A stretch of DNA of 64,000 bases from Chrysomallon squamiferum (GCA_012295275.1 CM022671.1:33294001-33358000), one strand, 5' to 3'. Counted from the first letter of the stretch, positions 42,345 through 55,596 are shown. The notes: a model not told the origin generated them from the letters alone. Made by a program: numbers and translations.

Positions 42345-45300
42345 AATAAAAATAATAAAAACAATAACTACTACTATAATAATAAGAAGAAATAAAACTA
42401 AATTTAAGAGAAAAAATATATAAAAAAATATAGTGAGAGAGACAGAGAGAGAGAAAGAAAGAAAGAGAAGAAACAAAGGAAAAAAAACTATTCATAGAGT
42501 GGAGAAAAATAATAATAATCTTTTCAGATTATGAATAATGTGCTATGTAGGTAATCTGACCACAGCAAATGTGGCTCAAGTGGAAAACTTTACATCAAAA
42601 ACATTCTGTGGCCTCTATGAGCAAGATGTGCCCTGGGCAGACACTGGTATCAAAGAGTCAGAGGATCCAAAACACACTTGAGACCCTTTGCCTTTAGAGT
42701 AGACCTATTACACTAAGATACACATCCTCACTGAACATTTGCAGGTGAGAAGAGTAGCCTTACACACAGGACATGTGTCATACATTAACCTGCAAACTGA
42801 AATTGTGGTAATAAACAATAATAAGAAAGTCATTTTTTTTGTTTCTGAACAAACACATTCACAGATGGGACTTATTTCTCAAAAGTATCTGTTAAACATG
42901 ACATAAAATACTGTAATCTTACACAGTGATGGTTTTCTTTACTTTGCTGTAACTATAAATTCTACTTCTTATGGTACACGTGTCAATATACAAAGGTGCT
43001 AATTATATAATAGTACTCTTTACATTCAGCTTAGTAAGGTGCTTACAATGAAGCTTTTAATAGTAATAAATTATTTTAACACACGTCACGAAGGCATGAA
43101 TGTGACCTTCCTTAATGAATGTTAACACAAAAAAATACACAATAAAACATTTAAAAAAGGTAAATTTGTTTTATCTGTTTAACAGGTTGTGAAATGCTTC
43201 AGTAGATCCATTAACAGAAAGTAAAACAAATGAAAATATTATTAACTTCCAGTGATGTTTCAGATTCAGACATCTGGATATAATTATATACTAGCAAGAT
43301 GTTATGATAATAAAATTCTGTTTGATAGGATTTTCTGACAAAAGCATTGAATAATACATTTAAAATCAATGGAAAAAAATATTTTGTGAATGGTAAGAGT
43401 TATGTTTTAAAACAGAATTTGCAAATTTAATACAGGCTTGTATAGGTGTACATGAGATATTTCCCTGATTATCTTGCACCTTTTTTGAGACTAATTATGT
43501 TATTAACTAATAGATTAGTTATTAAAATAATACAATTATTCTGTATAGAAATGTATTAGTTTATCCCAGTGACATTTCTCATATAATTTAACAAATATTT
43601 TATAATTACACATCTCCATTCATTCACATGCACACACAGAGAAACATCTTAAACTAAGCCCCAGTAAAGCATCTGTCCATTTAAAGAAAAAATAACTGCC
43701 TTTTGCTCATCATAACAACTGGCATTTTAGACGAGTAGTTTTTCTCACTGGCTTCGTGTTTCTCACATCTAAAACACATTTAGCTTCTCTCACTGCATTT
43801 AATGTACACAGCCAGAAAAATAACTTTCCACACACACACTCTAGGAATACAGTTTGTTCTGAATCTATACACAAGGAGTGTACTGTTTGCATTACTGAAT
43901 CTACTCTGATGTTGTAATATATACAGAAATACAATCCAATTATAAACCTACCTAACTTTTGACTAATTATAAATCTTACATACATAGGAATAAATTATTG
44001 CAGTTACCTAGATATGATAGCTACATTTACATTTATTTCCTCTCTGGTAGAATAGAGTTTAAGGATTTTATTTCCCCTTTCTTTTTGTTTGTGTGGGGTT
44101 TTTATTCTTTAAAAAGGAATGAGGGTGTTATTTTTATTATTATTTACATCATTTTTTTTTTTATTATTGACTTTTTCTTCTTATTTAGTTCAAAGGGTAA
44201 ATTTAAAAATTTAATTTTAAAGTTGTTTCATTAGGTATTTCCAAAACCAACTTTACTGAACACACTTTTTCTCATGCATAATCAGATAATATTCACAGAG
44301 TGATAGACATTGGCCAGTAGTTAGTACAATTGATACAAATTGTCCAGAACGCTTCAGAATTTGTTTTGAATGGTAAACAATGTTACTCAACTGCCACAGA
44401 CTTTTACTCTTTACTCACTTCACTAACATTATGCAACAGTCATGGTCAGTTTATCAGGTAAATGTTTTCACCTGGACAGGTGATCAAAGAACTCTTGACC
44501 TACCAGTGGCAAAGAGAGCAGTTCAAGAACGGATAAGAAGTTTTTCATTGTTTATAGGTGATAGGTAACTGCCTTGGGGCAGAAAGATATTTTCTGGATT
44601 GTAGATTTAGATTATCAGTAGGGACCTGCAAATGATGGACTGGTAATCTTCCACTTTAAACAGAAAAATTTCAAATCATTTCTTAAGTAGTCAGCTTATT
44701 ATATCTACAAATCTCTAGATATTTTAGCTGTGAACAATAAAAATACTCAGAATAGTCTGAATAATAGATTTATGTTTAGATTTTGGAGATGATCTTATCA
44801 TTATACATACAAAAATTGTAAATTGTTTCTTATGTAGCTGGCTTGAGCTATCAACAAAAATCTTGAGATTTCTGAACTCATGATAAACAAAATTTAAACT
44901 AATTTCCTTTGAGCATATCACATATTTTTACCAACTGAGATAAACAAGTGATAATCACATACATATACAAAAAAAAGAACATAGTGTCTTGTGAAAAGCA
45001 TTACAATGAGAAGATAACTTTTTTGTTGTTACAATGTTAGGAAATAAGAAAATGTTTTGAAATGTATCCTATTTATTTTGTAAAACTGTACAACTAAATA
45101 TTGTGAATCAATATCATTAAGCTAGGTACATTTTGCAAAGTATGTACAGTATTTATAAACATCGAAAAAAGGTATCTTAAATAAAAGTTAAAAATCATAA
45201 AAGATTTCAAATACATCAAATTTAATGTTTATAGAATGAATGAAACACACACACACACATATATACATATACACTTTGACTAACATTTTATTTGTAAACA

Positions 45301-46859
45301 CAGAATATATATGGATTAGTTAAGTATAACGTATACAATATATCTTTCTGTTAAGTGTAGATAACTACCATAAACTAGATTCTTTGTTAGTTTATCTATT
45401 ACATGTATGCAAACAATGATAAAAACAAACACTGCACATGTGTTGCTGTTTAGAACAGAAATAATAGAAAAATGGGGTTTTTTTTAGTAACAAAGATAAA
45501 AATATAATTTTTAATATTATAAACTACAATCTGGAGTACACACATACAAATACATCAAGAAACTTATATACGGGAGATGCAAAATGAGAAATTAAGGAAA
45601 GTGAAATCAGAATGTTGTAATGCAGATGATTGGTGTTATTTACTAGAAACTGATTTTACATATTCCCAGTAATTGGTGAAGGAAAGAGAATAGTGAAAAA
45701 AGAAAAGAAGGGGAATAGTAAGAGATAGTCATTTTGTTAATATGAAACAATTTACATTATGATTAAGAATATCTTTTGGCATAAAAACAACAGCATATGA
45801 GTTGTATTTTAACTTATCTGTGTTTTCATACTGAGTCAAATCACTTTACTTGATCATGATTAAAGGTGTGAAAAACCATGCTGCGACCAAAACTATTAAA
45901 CACAGCCAGAAACTTTAAACATAATAAGTAGTGTGTTACTGAAAGAATTCTGAGCCATATTTAATACATAAGTGTGTGTGTGTGTGAAGATTAAACTATG
46001 TGGATTAAATATAATTTCAAATATTAACCAATAAATCCTTAATTGATTGATCCATGTCTGTTTTTATAAATAGACAGACAGAGAGATAGAGAGAGAGTTG
46101 TGTGTGCGTGTGTGTGTGTAATACATAGGTATGACAGATATCTAATCAATACTATGCATTTTTATGTGATAATTTCGGAAAGGAAATAACCTCTCCCAGT
46201 TATAATTAAAGTATTAACATCACATAACTCCAAATTAAATATAAAATTGTATATGAAGTTCACTGACCTCCAGTAATGTAGTCCAAAGCCTGGACACTGG
46301 TCTTTGCAGTTAGAACATGGCTTTCCCAGAGCCACTGACTGGACTTTTGGTATCTGGGGTAAAAAAAAATTAACAATAATAATAATGACTTTTAAAAAAA
46401 AAAAAAAATTAAAAAATTATGATAAACATTTGGCAAAGAAATTCAAAGGAACAACAAAGCAAAGAAAGAAACAAAACAAACAACTAGAAATAATACATCA
46501 ACTACTTTTATAAACAAATTGAAAAAAAATAATTAAAATAATTAACAAAAATCCCCAGCATTTTTATAAAACGGTTACAATGTTCACATCTGACAATAAT
46601 CAGCTTGTAAGTAGGTCAAACAACCAGACAATTAGAAAAGAATCAAAATATTCTTCTAAAATAAAATTATAATATTTATAATACTCTGATAGTAATATTA
46701 TTAATTTTAATGTTAAATATCAAAACTAAAATAATAACTGTGGCATGACTTCACGTTTTAGTTACTTTCAAGATATGCAGCAATTTGATCAAGTGTCATA
46801 AAAGTCAAATACAGGTGGGGTTTTTTCATCAATATTTTAACAATTATCTCATGCATGAG

Positions 46860-47067
46860 TGATCTCCACGATGTAGGTCTGCAACGTAGCCCTGTAGCGG
46901 ATTGTGACCGTTATATCCACCCCGATTAATAATGGCAGTAACTTACCCCTGAATTGGGGGATTCTTCTAACTCCCCCATCATAACAGACGCTTCCCTCCT
47001 CACGCCCTGAAGGCCAAGATGTATAGGGGAATCTGACGATGCCATTTTATAAGTTATTTTCTTTCTT

Positions 47068-47098
<31 letters not shown>

Positions 47099-47750
47099 CT
47101 TATACCAAGTAATATAAACAGTTGATAAAGTTTCTACTTTTTTAATGACTTTGTAACATCATCATTCCTTACGACATACTAGTATTTAAAAACTATCCAG
47201 ACGGAATACAATTAAATTTAGAACTCCTAGCACTCATTTTCGTCTGCACGTGAAAGGGACGCTGTGGAAATTTCAACTTCCCGTAGACGCCGATTCGGAC
47301 GCAGACGTCACTTATCCAATGAAAAAGTGTGTTTAAAGAAGTTTTCAAAGAAACTTTGGTAAAAATCCCCAGGTAAAACTTCCAAGAAAAGTGCAAGAAT
47401 CCAAGAAAGTTCAACACAAAGTCATCAATAAGTAAAGATCCGTTTAAAAACAGAAAGAGAAAAGTCCAAATTTTAATCAATGTTCCGCAGTCGACAGTGA
47501 AAATTACCCAGGTGCTTGGTGAGCTATTTCGGTACGAAATCAAACACTTTAAGCTCCTCCTCTCAGTCAAGACGCCAATGACGTCGCATGATTGACACTT
47601 AAGGCAATAACATTTTCTGAACTGTAACGTCAGGAGGTGTTAAAAGGGTCCCAAAACTACGAGAGAGATCGTTTCGCGTCTAGTCGTATGGTTTTAAGAA
47701 AATGGTGTATTGTATTACGCTGGGGTGGGGGGCGGGAGACGAAGAAAAAA
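46860..47750 (-). promoter_or_regulatory. CpG-rich promoter / non-coding first exon of the large minus-strand gene
   Basis: Abrupt CpG enrichment. CCAAT overlapping TGACGTC (47575-47585), second GACGTCA + CCAAT pair (47304-47320), CACGTG (~47247), GC box GGGGCGGGA (~47729-47737), donor GTAAGT at 46946 (minus). Confidence 0.6.
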
Positions 47751-47795
47751 TTACAAGCAGTGATCGAAGCCTGCCCCTAAAAATCTACTAACTTC

Positions 47796-47865
<70 letters not shown>

Positions 47866-47953
47866 CAGCAGAAAAAAAAGCAACCAAAACAACATATTTT
47901 ACTGTTTTTATTAAATTATTGTTTTTCCAGAGATAAAATTATTAACGTGATGT

Positions 47954-48266
47954 ATTAAATACATGATTTATGGTTTATTACGTTCTTAATTCAGTTACAT
48001 AATTACATCTTCTTCTCTGTTTGTTTTTGTTTTAATTAATTAATTAATTAATTAATTATTAATAATAATAATTGCAAGGCAAGTATTCATACGTATCATT
48101 CTTGTATGATTAAATACATGATTTATGGTTTATCACGTTCTTAATTCAGTTACATAATTACATCTTCTTCTCTGTTTGTTTTTGTTTTAATTAATTAATT
48201 AATTAATTAATTATTAATAATAATAATTGCAAGGCAAGTATTTATACGTATCATTCTTGTATGATT
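47954..48266 (+). repeat. Tandem duplication, 155-bp unit x2
   Basis: Units start at 47954 and 48109; two substitutions visible (TTATTA/TTATCA, TTCATA/TTTATA). Confidence 0.95.
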
Positions 48267-49248
48267 GAATATATCTCTATAAATACCTATCTATCTACCT
48301 ACATACCTACCTATCTGTCTATCTACATATATGTGCGTGTGTGTCAAGGCATCTTGACTTTTTCGACTCAAATGACTGCATTATTTTACTTTCTAACATA
48401 ATTATTTATTTAACAGTAATCCATTTTCAGAAATAACAGTGTAAAGACAGTAAATTTGAACTTAATGCAATATAATTATCTTTGTTCTTTTTTAAATTTT
48501 AGCCATGCTCTTTAAGGAGGATTAGCTGTTTTCATTTAAGTTGGAGCCTAAGTCGAGTTTCTTGAGCTTCGTGGTCTAAAAATGATTCAAAAAATAAAGT
48601 AAAAACGAGAAACAAACAAACAAGCAATAAGAAAGAAAAAGGTAAAAGAAAAGAAACCTCTTTATTTAAATTTTGCCGCAAATAACTTTGAGGTAAATGT
48701 GCTGGACTAGACGACAATAATAATTATTTGCACTGTAAGCCACATCCATGCGTGTTCCTTGATCAGGATTACATGTTGAATATGCAATTAACGTTTTGAA
48801 TGAACATTTGATTGCGGAATTTGCCGCCTACGTTTGTCTAAACTCCTGTCTATCAGTGATGTTTGAACACAAACTTCAGTAAGAAGGCCTATGTTTGAGA
48901 ACTTAGTATTTAAGTAGTGCAGTCACGAACACTGTGCACGAAATCGAACGTAAAAATACGAATATTTACGAAAACTCGTCGGAAGTATTCCCTCGAGTAC
49001 TTTATTTTTTTTAGAACACTTTAATTTCGGTTAGTCTTTGCATTATCCAGTTTTAGACCTGGTGAGCTTGTTTTTGATGTATATGTGTGGAATCGTGATC
49101 ACAATGATAAATAAGTGACTCTCAGTTTAATTTCTCGCGGATTTGTTTATTAATAAGGCAGGCCTGCAGCTATTCCGACGTTCTTTGAACTTAGATCCGA
49201 TGTTCGTGATGAACGTTTTCAGTTAGAAACACCTTTTTTTTTTTTAAC

Positions 49249-49292
<44 letters not shown>

Positions 49293-49429
49293 CACACACA
49301 AATATTATTGTTTTTGAAGCAAGCAGAAAAATACTATTTATTGTATTTTCTTTAAGTTTGACGGTATTGTTGATTTGCTATAGCATATCACACTTCCGAT
49401 CCAAATTAAACATTGTGATTTTGATGTAC

Positions 49430-49560
49430 GTGGCGCAGTCGACACCCGCTACCAGTATCCATTAGCAGTAACTGATATTTTACATGACTTTTTCTTTACC
49501 CGAGAAAACATTTAGTTACCACCGCCTGGAACGGGAAACAGCCTAATGGACACCATGAGA
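49430..49560 (-). mobile_element. Degenerate SINE-like repeat copy; further short pieces at ~10585, ~49870 and ~50290
   Basis: ACCCGCTAC...TCCATTAGCAG...GATATTTTA...CTGGAACGGGAAACAGCC; matches TTGGAACGAGAAATAGCCC (~49872) and CTGGAATAGGAAATAAGCCC (~10589). Confidence 0.45.
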
Positions 49561-50417
49561 AAAGAGTGGGTAAACGATAATGCTTTTTTTGTTGTTGTTG
49601 TTGTTTTGCTGTTTGTAATATAAGCGTACTTGAAGGTTTGATTATGCAAATAGTTTGTAGAAAATGCAATGATTTTTAAAAACTTATATAAGTATCTTTG
49701 AATAAAATATATTCTTGAATTTTCAGAATTTATTAGTCAATACACATGACGATGTGGATTAAACACTAAGCATTTTAAGTATTAATAGTTATTAATTGTC
49801 AGATATTAAAGATATGTCAGAGGATATTCGCTACCCTACCATGAATGTACATGCTAGAAATTTTATAATGGTTGGAACGAGAAATAGCCCCATAGTAATC
49901 TTTGCGGAAGACTGATTCTCGAAAAGTTGTGATTTGGACCAGCGTTCTAAACCTCTGAGCAAAAAGCCTTTCCATCTCTTTTTTTATATGATTGTTCATT
50001 ATTTAACTTTCATAGAAATTATTAACAACTGCCTTAAGTTTACTATTCTGTTTACTGACATGTTGGTGGAATGGGAACATAAAATCAAAAATAAATCTTA
50101 ACGTGATACGGGATTATGCTATTTTATTACTTAGTTTTCAAATACAGAAAACTCCAATATGATTCATTTCTTTAATTAGTCTTTTTCTTTTCTTTCATTC
50201 TGTTTTTTTTTTTTTTTTTTTTTGGTCTCATCTTTTAAAATTTAGTTCATTATTTATTTGCTTGCTTACTTACTTACTATATTTTTTATACTCTATGGGA
50301 ATGCGCATTCAAAAGATATCTCGCTAATGGCTAAAAGTAAGTAAAGATAGCTCTTAAAGTATGACTTTGACACATTATAACCGTAAATATAATAATGATT
50401 AAGTTGTAGCAGTGGTG

Positions 50418-50465
<48 letters not shown>

Positions 50466-50792
50466 TTGAGTCTATGACCTGTTAAATATTAGGAAAGAAA
50501 TCAACACCCATTCACGTGATCATCATCGTCATGATGGTCGTAGTTTACCGTAGTTATATAACAGCATAACACGTGTATAATGTTGTTCTTGCAGATTAAT
50601 CTAATAGCGTTTAACGAGTTAAAATGTCAGTTAAGAAAATCAAAAAGTTTTGTTGTTTTGACAGTTGGTAACCCAGCTCCCCACCATGTCCCACCATCAT
50701 CAGAGATTTGCTGAGTTGCACTTCGGTTATTAGCAGCCGTGTAGCAGATATCACAGAGAATAACCCTGGTATTCTTCATCCAGAGTTATTTA

Positions 50793-51059
50793 TTAACAGT
50801 AACTCCCATAAAATGTCGCGTGGTAAAATTTCATATCGTATGGCATTGTTCGAGCGTACTCTTTATGTGAGAGGAATACTGCCAAAGAATTCACTTCTAG
50901 GTCGCAGTCTTCGTACTGGTCTACATAAACAACGCGAGAATCATATGTTCCGTCACGGATGGTTGCTTGCCAAATTCCAGAAAGAATGAAAATTCTGACA
51001 CGAGGATATAAATCATAATGTAGCTCTGTAAGCATATAACACTCTTGTGTTTCCGCGGT
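50793..51059 (-). CDS. Exon 2 (terminal) of a candidate 153-aa orphan protein: TAETQECYMLTELHYDLYPRVRIFILSGIWQ...FYGSYC*
   Basis: Complex, non-repetitive ORF. Acceptor TTAACTTTCCCGCAG at 51060 is in phase 0, matching the exon-1 donor. AATAAA overlaps the stop. Confidence 0.55.
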   Translation of the reverse strand, partial: TAETQECYMLTELHYDLYPRVRIFILSGIWQATIRDGTYDSRVVYVDQYEDCDLEVNSLAVFLSHKEYARTMPYDMKFYHATFYGSYC

Positions 51060-52718
51060 CTGCGGGAAAGTTAACATCCTAAAGCCATTTTCATTATGAA
51101 CCAGAAGCCAGTTTGTGGTGAATGTATGTACATACCTTTTAATCGTTTTGTTCAGAAAACGCAGAGAGGACAAATATTATGTACAGTCAGTCAGAATACC
51201 CGTCTATCTTGTGATAACTATTAAAGAATTTTTCATTATTATTCATTGAATTTGTTTAACGATATGTGAGGTGATACAGACAGACAGACCCACACAGGCA
51301 CGCAGAGAGAAAGAGATAGAGAACTTTATACATATACATAACACACATAACCCTCTAAAAACTGGCTGTTGGAAGTAGTTTTTTAAAAAGTCTATCATCT
51401 GACATCTGTCTTGTATTTGTCATATAGCAACACATGATAAAATTAAATGTTTTTTAGAATGACTAATGGCCAATAAATAACTAAAAGTCAGGATACAGAA
51501 AAATATTTTTATGGGAAATGAGTACATTGCCCATGTAAATAATGAGGGATGGCAATGTCTTGCGAAGAATATGATCTCCTGGTCTTCAAATTTATTGAAC
51601 GATGGTATCTTTTCGTAAAGGCAAAGTTTTGTAAATGCTTAGAATATTTAAACAAGTGAAAGAAATTATATTGTACGTTTGTGGCGTGTTTAAATGCGGG
51701 TTGCTAGTGAGAGCGAGAGTATTAATTTTAGTATTCTGTTTAACAAACACCTGAGAAATGTATTATGGCATAACAATAAATCAGTATTATTTATAACAGG
51801 ATTAAAATTTAGGCTTTAGATCGTAAACACCAAATATACATGGCAGCACTCTTGAGAATAATGAGCATGCACTTTCTCAAAACTGACGTAACACTGTTAC
51901 AGAATCCATTTGTTATTTTTGCTAATTTAAAACAATTCCTTTGTTACTCTGCACCATGTACACCCCTGACCTTCTGAGCATCGACAAATGAAGTGATGGT
52001 GAAATGTTTTATGACTTCCGGTGACAACAAAGATCTGAACGCAGTGCTCAATAGCTTTACCAGCTTACAAACTGTCGCGTGATCATGTCCTGTGAGGCTT
52101 GAAAATGAAAACTTTCTTAACAATCAAAACTTCATATCGGGATTCCTGAACATGGAATAAGTAGATATCAAGTAAATATAGATATGGACGTAAATAAATG
52201 AAATAAACTAAACTAAACTAAACAAAAATAAAATAAATCAAAATGATCGTGACGATAGTGATATTAATTATGTTATATATATAATATATATAATGTGAAA
52301 GAAGAAACTCGCTGAAGTCACGCTATTGGTTACTCTTTATTCATGCTGCAAGGTATCTTTTTCCATGCACTTTCTTGTATACAGGAAAGCATGTATCACT
52401 AGTTTTGATAAACCAGTCTCGGTGTTCTGACAGGAAAAGGAAACAGACCAAAGGTTTCGTTCAGGAGGATTTATCAGGAAACAGAAATTTAAAAAATTCC
52501 CGATCACTAATCTATAAGAGGAACCGAAGTCCGGCTTCTTTTCATTTGTTTTTTTTTCTTTCTTTTTCTTTTTGTACAAAAATCACAAATCGTTATTAAT
52601 GAAATATCTTTAGATAAACATACTTATGCATTTTTCTTTCATTCCTGCATTGATTTATGTAAGTCTCAGTAATCATTTTTGTATTTAATATACACGAAAT
52701 ACATTTCCTTTTTCTTGC

Positions 52719-52776
<58 letters not shown>

Positions 52777-53369
52777 TATGTTGTCCAGACTGGTGTACGC
52801 TAATATAATGTTAATTAAAAACCCCCACCAAAAACACCCACTCGCCACCAAAACCCACCAATGAACAAAGTATTGCCTCCAAGGTAAATAACTCTCATAA
52901 CTGAGCTTCCCACGAAATTAGCAACGTTTATGGTTCTTGTTTTGCTTACAACGTTGTTATAAATGGATCTGTGTAGTATTAAGAAAATAAAAATAAAGAA
53001 AAATGGATAATAAAAAAAAAATTAAAATAAAAAAAAAATAATAATAATAAAAAAGAAGTAAAAAATACTAAAAAAAAAAGGGCATTGGAAAAAATATATA
53101 CTGCGTAGATTTTTCAAAAGATTTATAGAAAGCTTAAAATCTTGGCTTTTATTTAATTCTTTAATCAAAAACATTTTGGGACAAGTTTACCAGTGATTTC
53201 AGGCTGCTGAGCTAATATGGATCCAAGCTGTCTGGATCTCTCTCCACGTTGACTAATTATGTTTTAAAATGATATTATTTTTGCTGTTGTTGTTGTTGTT
53301 GCTGATAGTGGTGGTAGTGGTAGTGTTGGTATTGTTACTGTTATTGTTATAAAATATCCAAACACCTAC

Positions 53370-53564
53370 TTGATATGAAGAACTTGTTTCGTCGTCATAC
53401 CACATTATATCCATTGATTTGATCGGTGTCGGTTGTCGAATTTCCCTGCTGGTCTTCGTATCGTTCATTGTTATCCAGTACTCAATCACTTTCATGTACA
53501 TAAACAGACACAGAATGTTTACGATAGTGCAAATCAAGTCCAGTTCAGCTTCAAATAGTACCAT
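53370..53564 (-). CDS. Exon 1 of the candidate 153-aa orphan protein: MVLFEAELDLICTIVNILCLFMYMKVIEYW...SSSYQ
   Basis: ATG at 53564, 65 codons, then donor CAA|GTAGGT (phase 0) just before the ORF decays into microsatellite. N-terminal hydrophobic segment. Promoter-like motifs upstream. Confidence 0.55.
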
Positions 53565-53599
53565 AATTAGCGAAAATACATTTTGATAATTTGAAATAA

Positions 53600-53790
53600 G
53601 TTAATTTTTTGAAATTAGAAGATCATCGTTTCTAATTTCCCGCAGAAATAGAGTGGACCAATCAGAACTGTCGATGAATCAAGGCGGCATTGTCCTAACA
53701 GGTGGTGAGCGCACAAAGAAACATCTTTGTTGCTTGACATCAGACACGCGAATGTCACGTGCTCATTGTGACGCTCATTGTGACGCATGT
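53600..53790. promoter_or_regulatory. Promoter-like region upstream of the orphan gene
   Basis: CpG-containing; GGACCAATCAG (CCAAT box, ~53655), TCACGTG (~53755), tandem GCTCATTGTGAC x2 (53761-53785) giving two TGACG half-sites. Confidence 0.4.
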
Positions 53791-53857
53791 CTGGGTTATT
53801 TTTAAAACAAACTGAATGCTTCGAGAACGAAATATTTTTCTCATTCTTGCCATGTCA

Positions 53858-53859
<2 letters not shown>

Positions 53860-53903
<44 letters not shown>

Positions 53904-53939
53904 GGAACTTCTATACCACAGGCTCCACTTTCGTCATTT

Positions 53940-53995
<56 letters not shown>
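53860..53995. repeat. Adjacent (TG)n and (TC)n microsatellites
   Basis: Directly visible. Confidence 0.95.
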
Positions 53996-53999
<4 letters not shown>

Positions 54000-55315
54000 G
54001 ATTAAAAACAAAAAATATTAGCAAATAAAAAGATCAATTAATTAATTTATTATTGTTGTTATTGTTATTAAATCAAAGAACATAGTAAATTAGTAAGTGG
54101 CAATTAGAAAAACCAAGTTTTCCTCACAATTATTTCTGCTTCTGACATGTTCTTTTACCAATGAAAATACGAAAAACGTAAAATATAATAACATTTTTAT
54201 TTTTGTTTAATTCTGCGAGCAGATGCTTGGTATTTATTATTAAGAATTTAGTTAAAATAAAAACAAATGATGCCTAATAATGCGTTCCTTAACAAATAAT
54301 CATGTACACATGACCAGTGCATGTCTTACGGGAAGAAAGACAATAGCAAGATAAACTAAATTCTGAACTTCATTCTGAAACTGACAAATTGACGTTATTA
54401 AAATGGACTGTTATTTTTAAATTCGTTTAGTTTCCTGAATGTTATGGCTAGATAGCCTAGGTCATCTCACAGTTCAGCTCTGCTAAGGAGCATCAATAAA
54501 ACTGGCCACAATTGTGACAGAAGTCCTTCTGATGGATTTTTGTTGGAATTTTTTTTTTTTTTTATTATTATTATTTTTTTTTTATAAATATTTATTTATG
54601 AATGAAAGGTCAATATCAATAATTTTGAACATGAAATATCTATGTGTATGTTCATGTCCGATTTATATTTTATTTGAAGCCAAATTTGTTTTAATACAAA
54701 TTTGAAGACGAATAGCAGTTGAAGAGAAATTTAATTATTTTTTTCCAGTTCTTAAAAAATTAATTCTATATCCCATATATTCGGTACTCGTCTGCTAGGG
54801 TATACTGGATCAAAATCCTCAAAGGTACGTCCTTGCTTACTGGTTTTCGTTTACACAATTTTGGTTAAATCCAGTATAATCTATCTCAAAATTCAGAATT
54901 GTTTTGTCTCCCAAATGATTTGTAATAACGACCAATCATTTGTTCGGTATTATTGCTAAATTTATGGCAGGTCTAATTTAAAACATAAAATTCAAAATAA
55001 ATAAATAAAATATGTCAAAATAAAGATATATAAAAATAAAGAATCATTCGAAATAAATCATAACATTTCATTAATTTAAACTTGCAACTAAAAATATGAT
55101 TTAAAATGCATGTTTTTTTGGTGTTTTTTTTGTTGTTGTTTTTTTGTTTGATTTTTATATAGTATCGTCTGTCACAATACACTGAGCGTAACTGGTTAAT
55201 TTTCACGTACTTAGAGAAAAGTATTCGCAAAATTCCCACAGAAATAAAATATAAAAATTACTAGTTTAAACAAGCAAATGATAGCGCTGGTTTGATGATT
55301 AAAAATGACTATAAT

Positions 55316-55596
55316 CAGGACCCAGTTAGCGGGGAGCCTCTCCCCTACTAAAGCTGAAGATCGATAAATAGTCTCTAGTATGCAAACAACAGAATAAACT
55401 TGAATTCCAGATACACCTCGCGGCCGAGAGGTAACAACTGTTAGAGATAAAACACTGAAACATACTCGAGGACAGACTGCACAGTTTTAACGCTTTCTTT
55501 GCAGTATCAAGAAACTTCGAACGAGTGCGCGGAGACTCCTTCAGGCGCGGGGCCCAGTTTCAACAAATCGGTCTAATCGGCTTAAAACCGAACCTG
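55316..55596. mobile_element. Possible decayed non-autonomous DNA transposon (hAT-like end)
   Basis: Right end GCGCGGGGCCC...AATCGG...AATCGGCTTAAAACCGAACCTG resembles a terminal sequence recalled from invertebrate MITEs; CAGG...CCTG ends; no TSD found, left boundary uncertain. Confidence 0.25.

Noticed and set aside
47193-47570. 125-aa minus-strand ORF over the promoter
   Set aside because: TTG start and F/L-biased composition typical of T-rich 5'UTR; only the final ATG-initiated 14 codons were kept as a uORF candidate
50708-50989. 93-aa plus-strand ORF
   Set aside because: Antisense shadow of the candidate minus-strand exon
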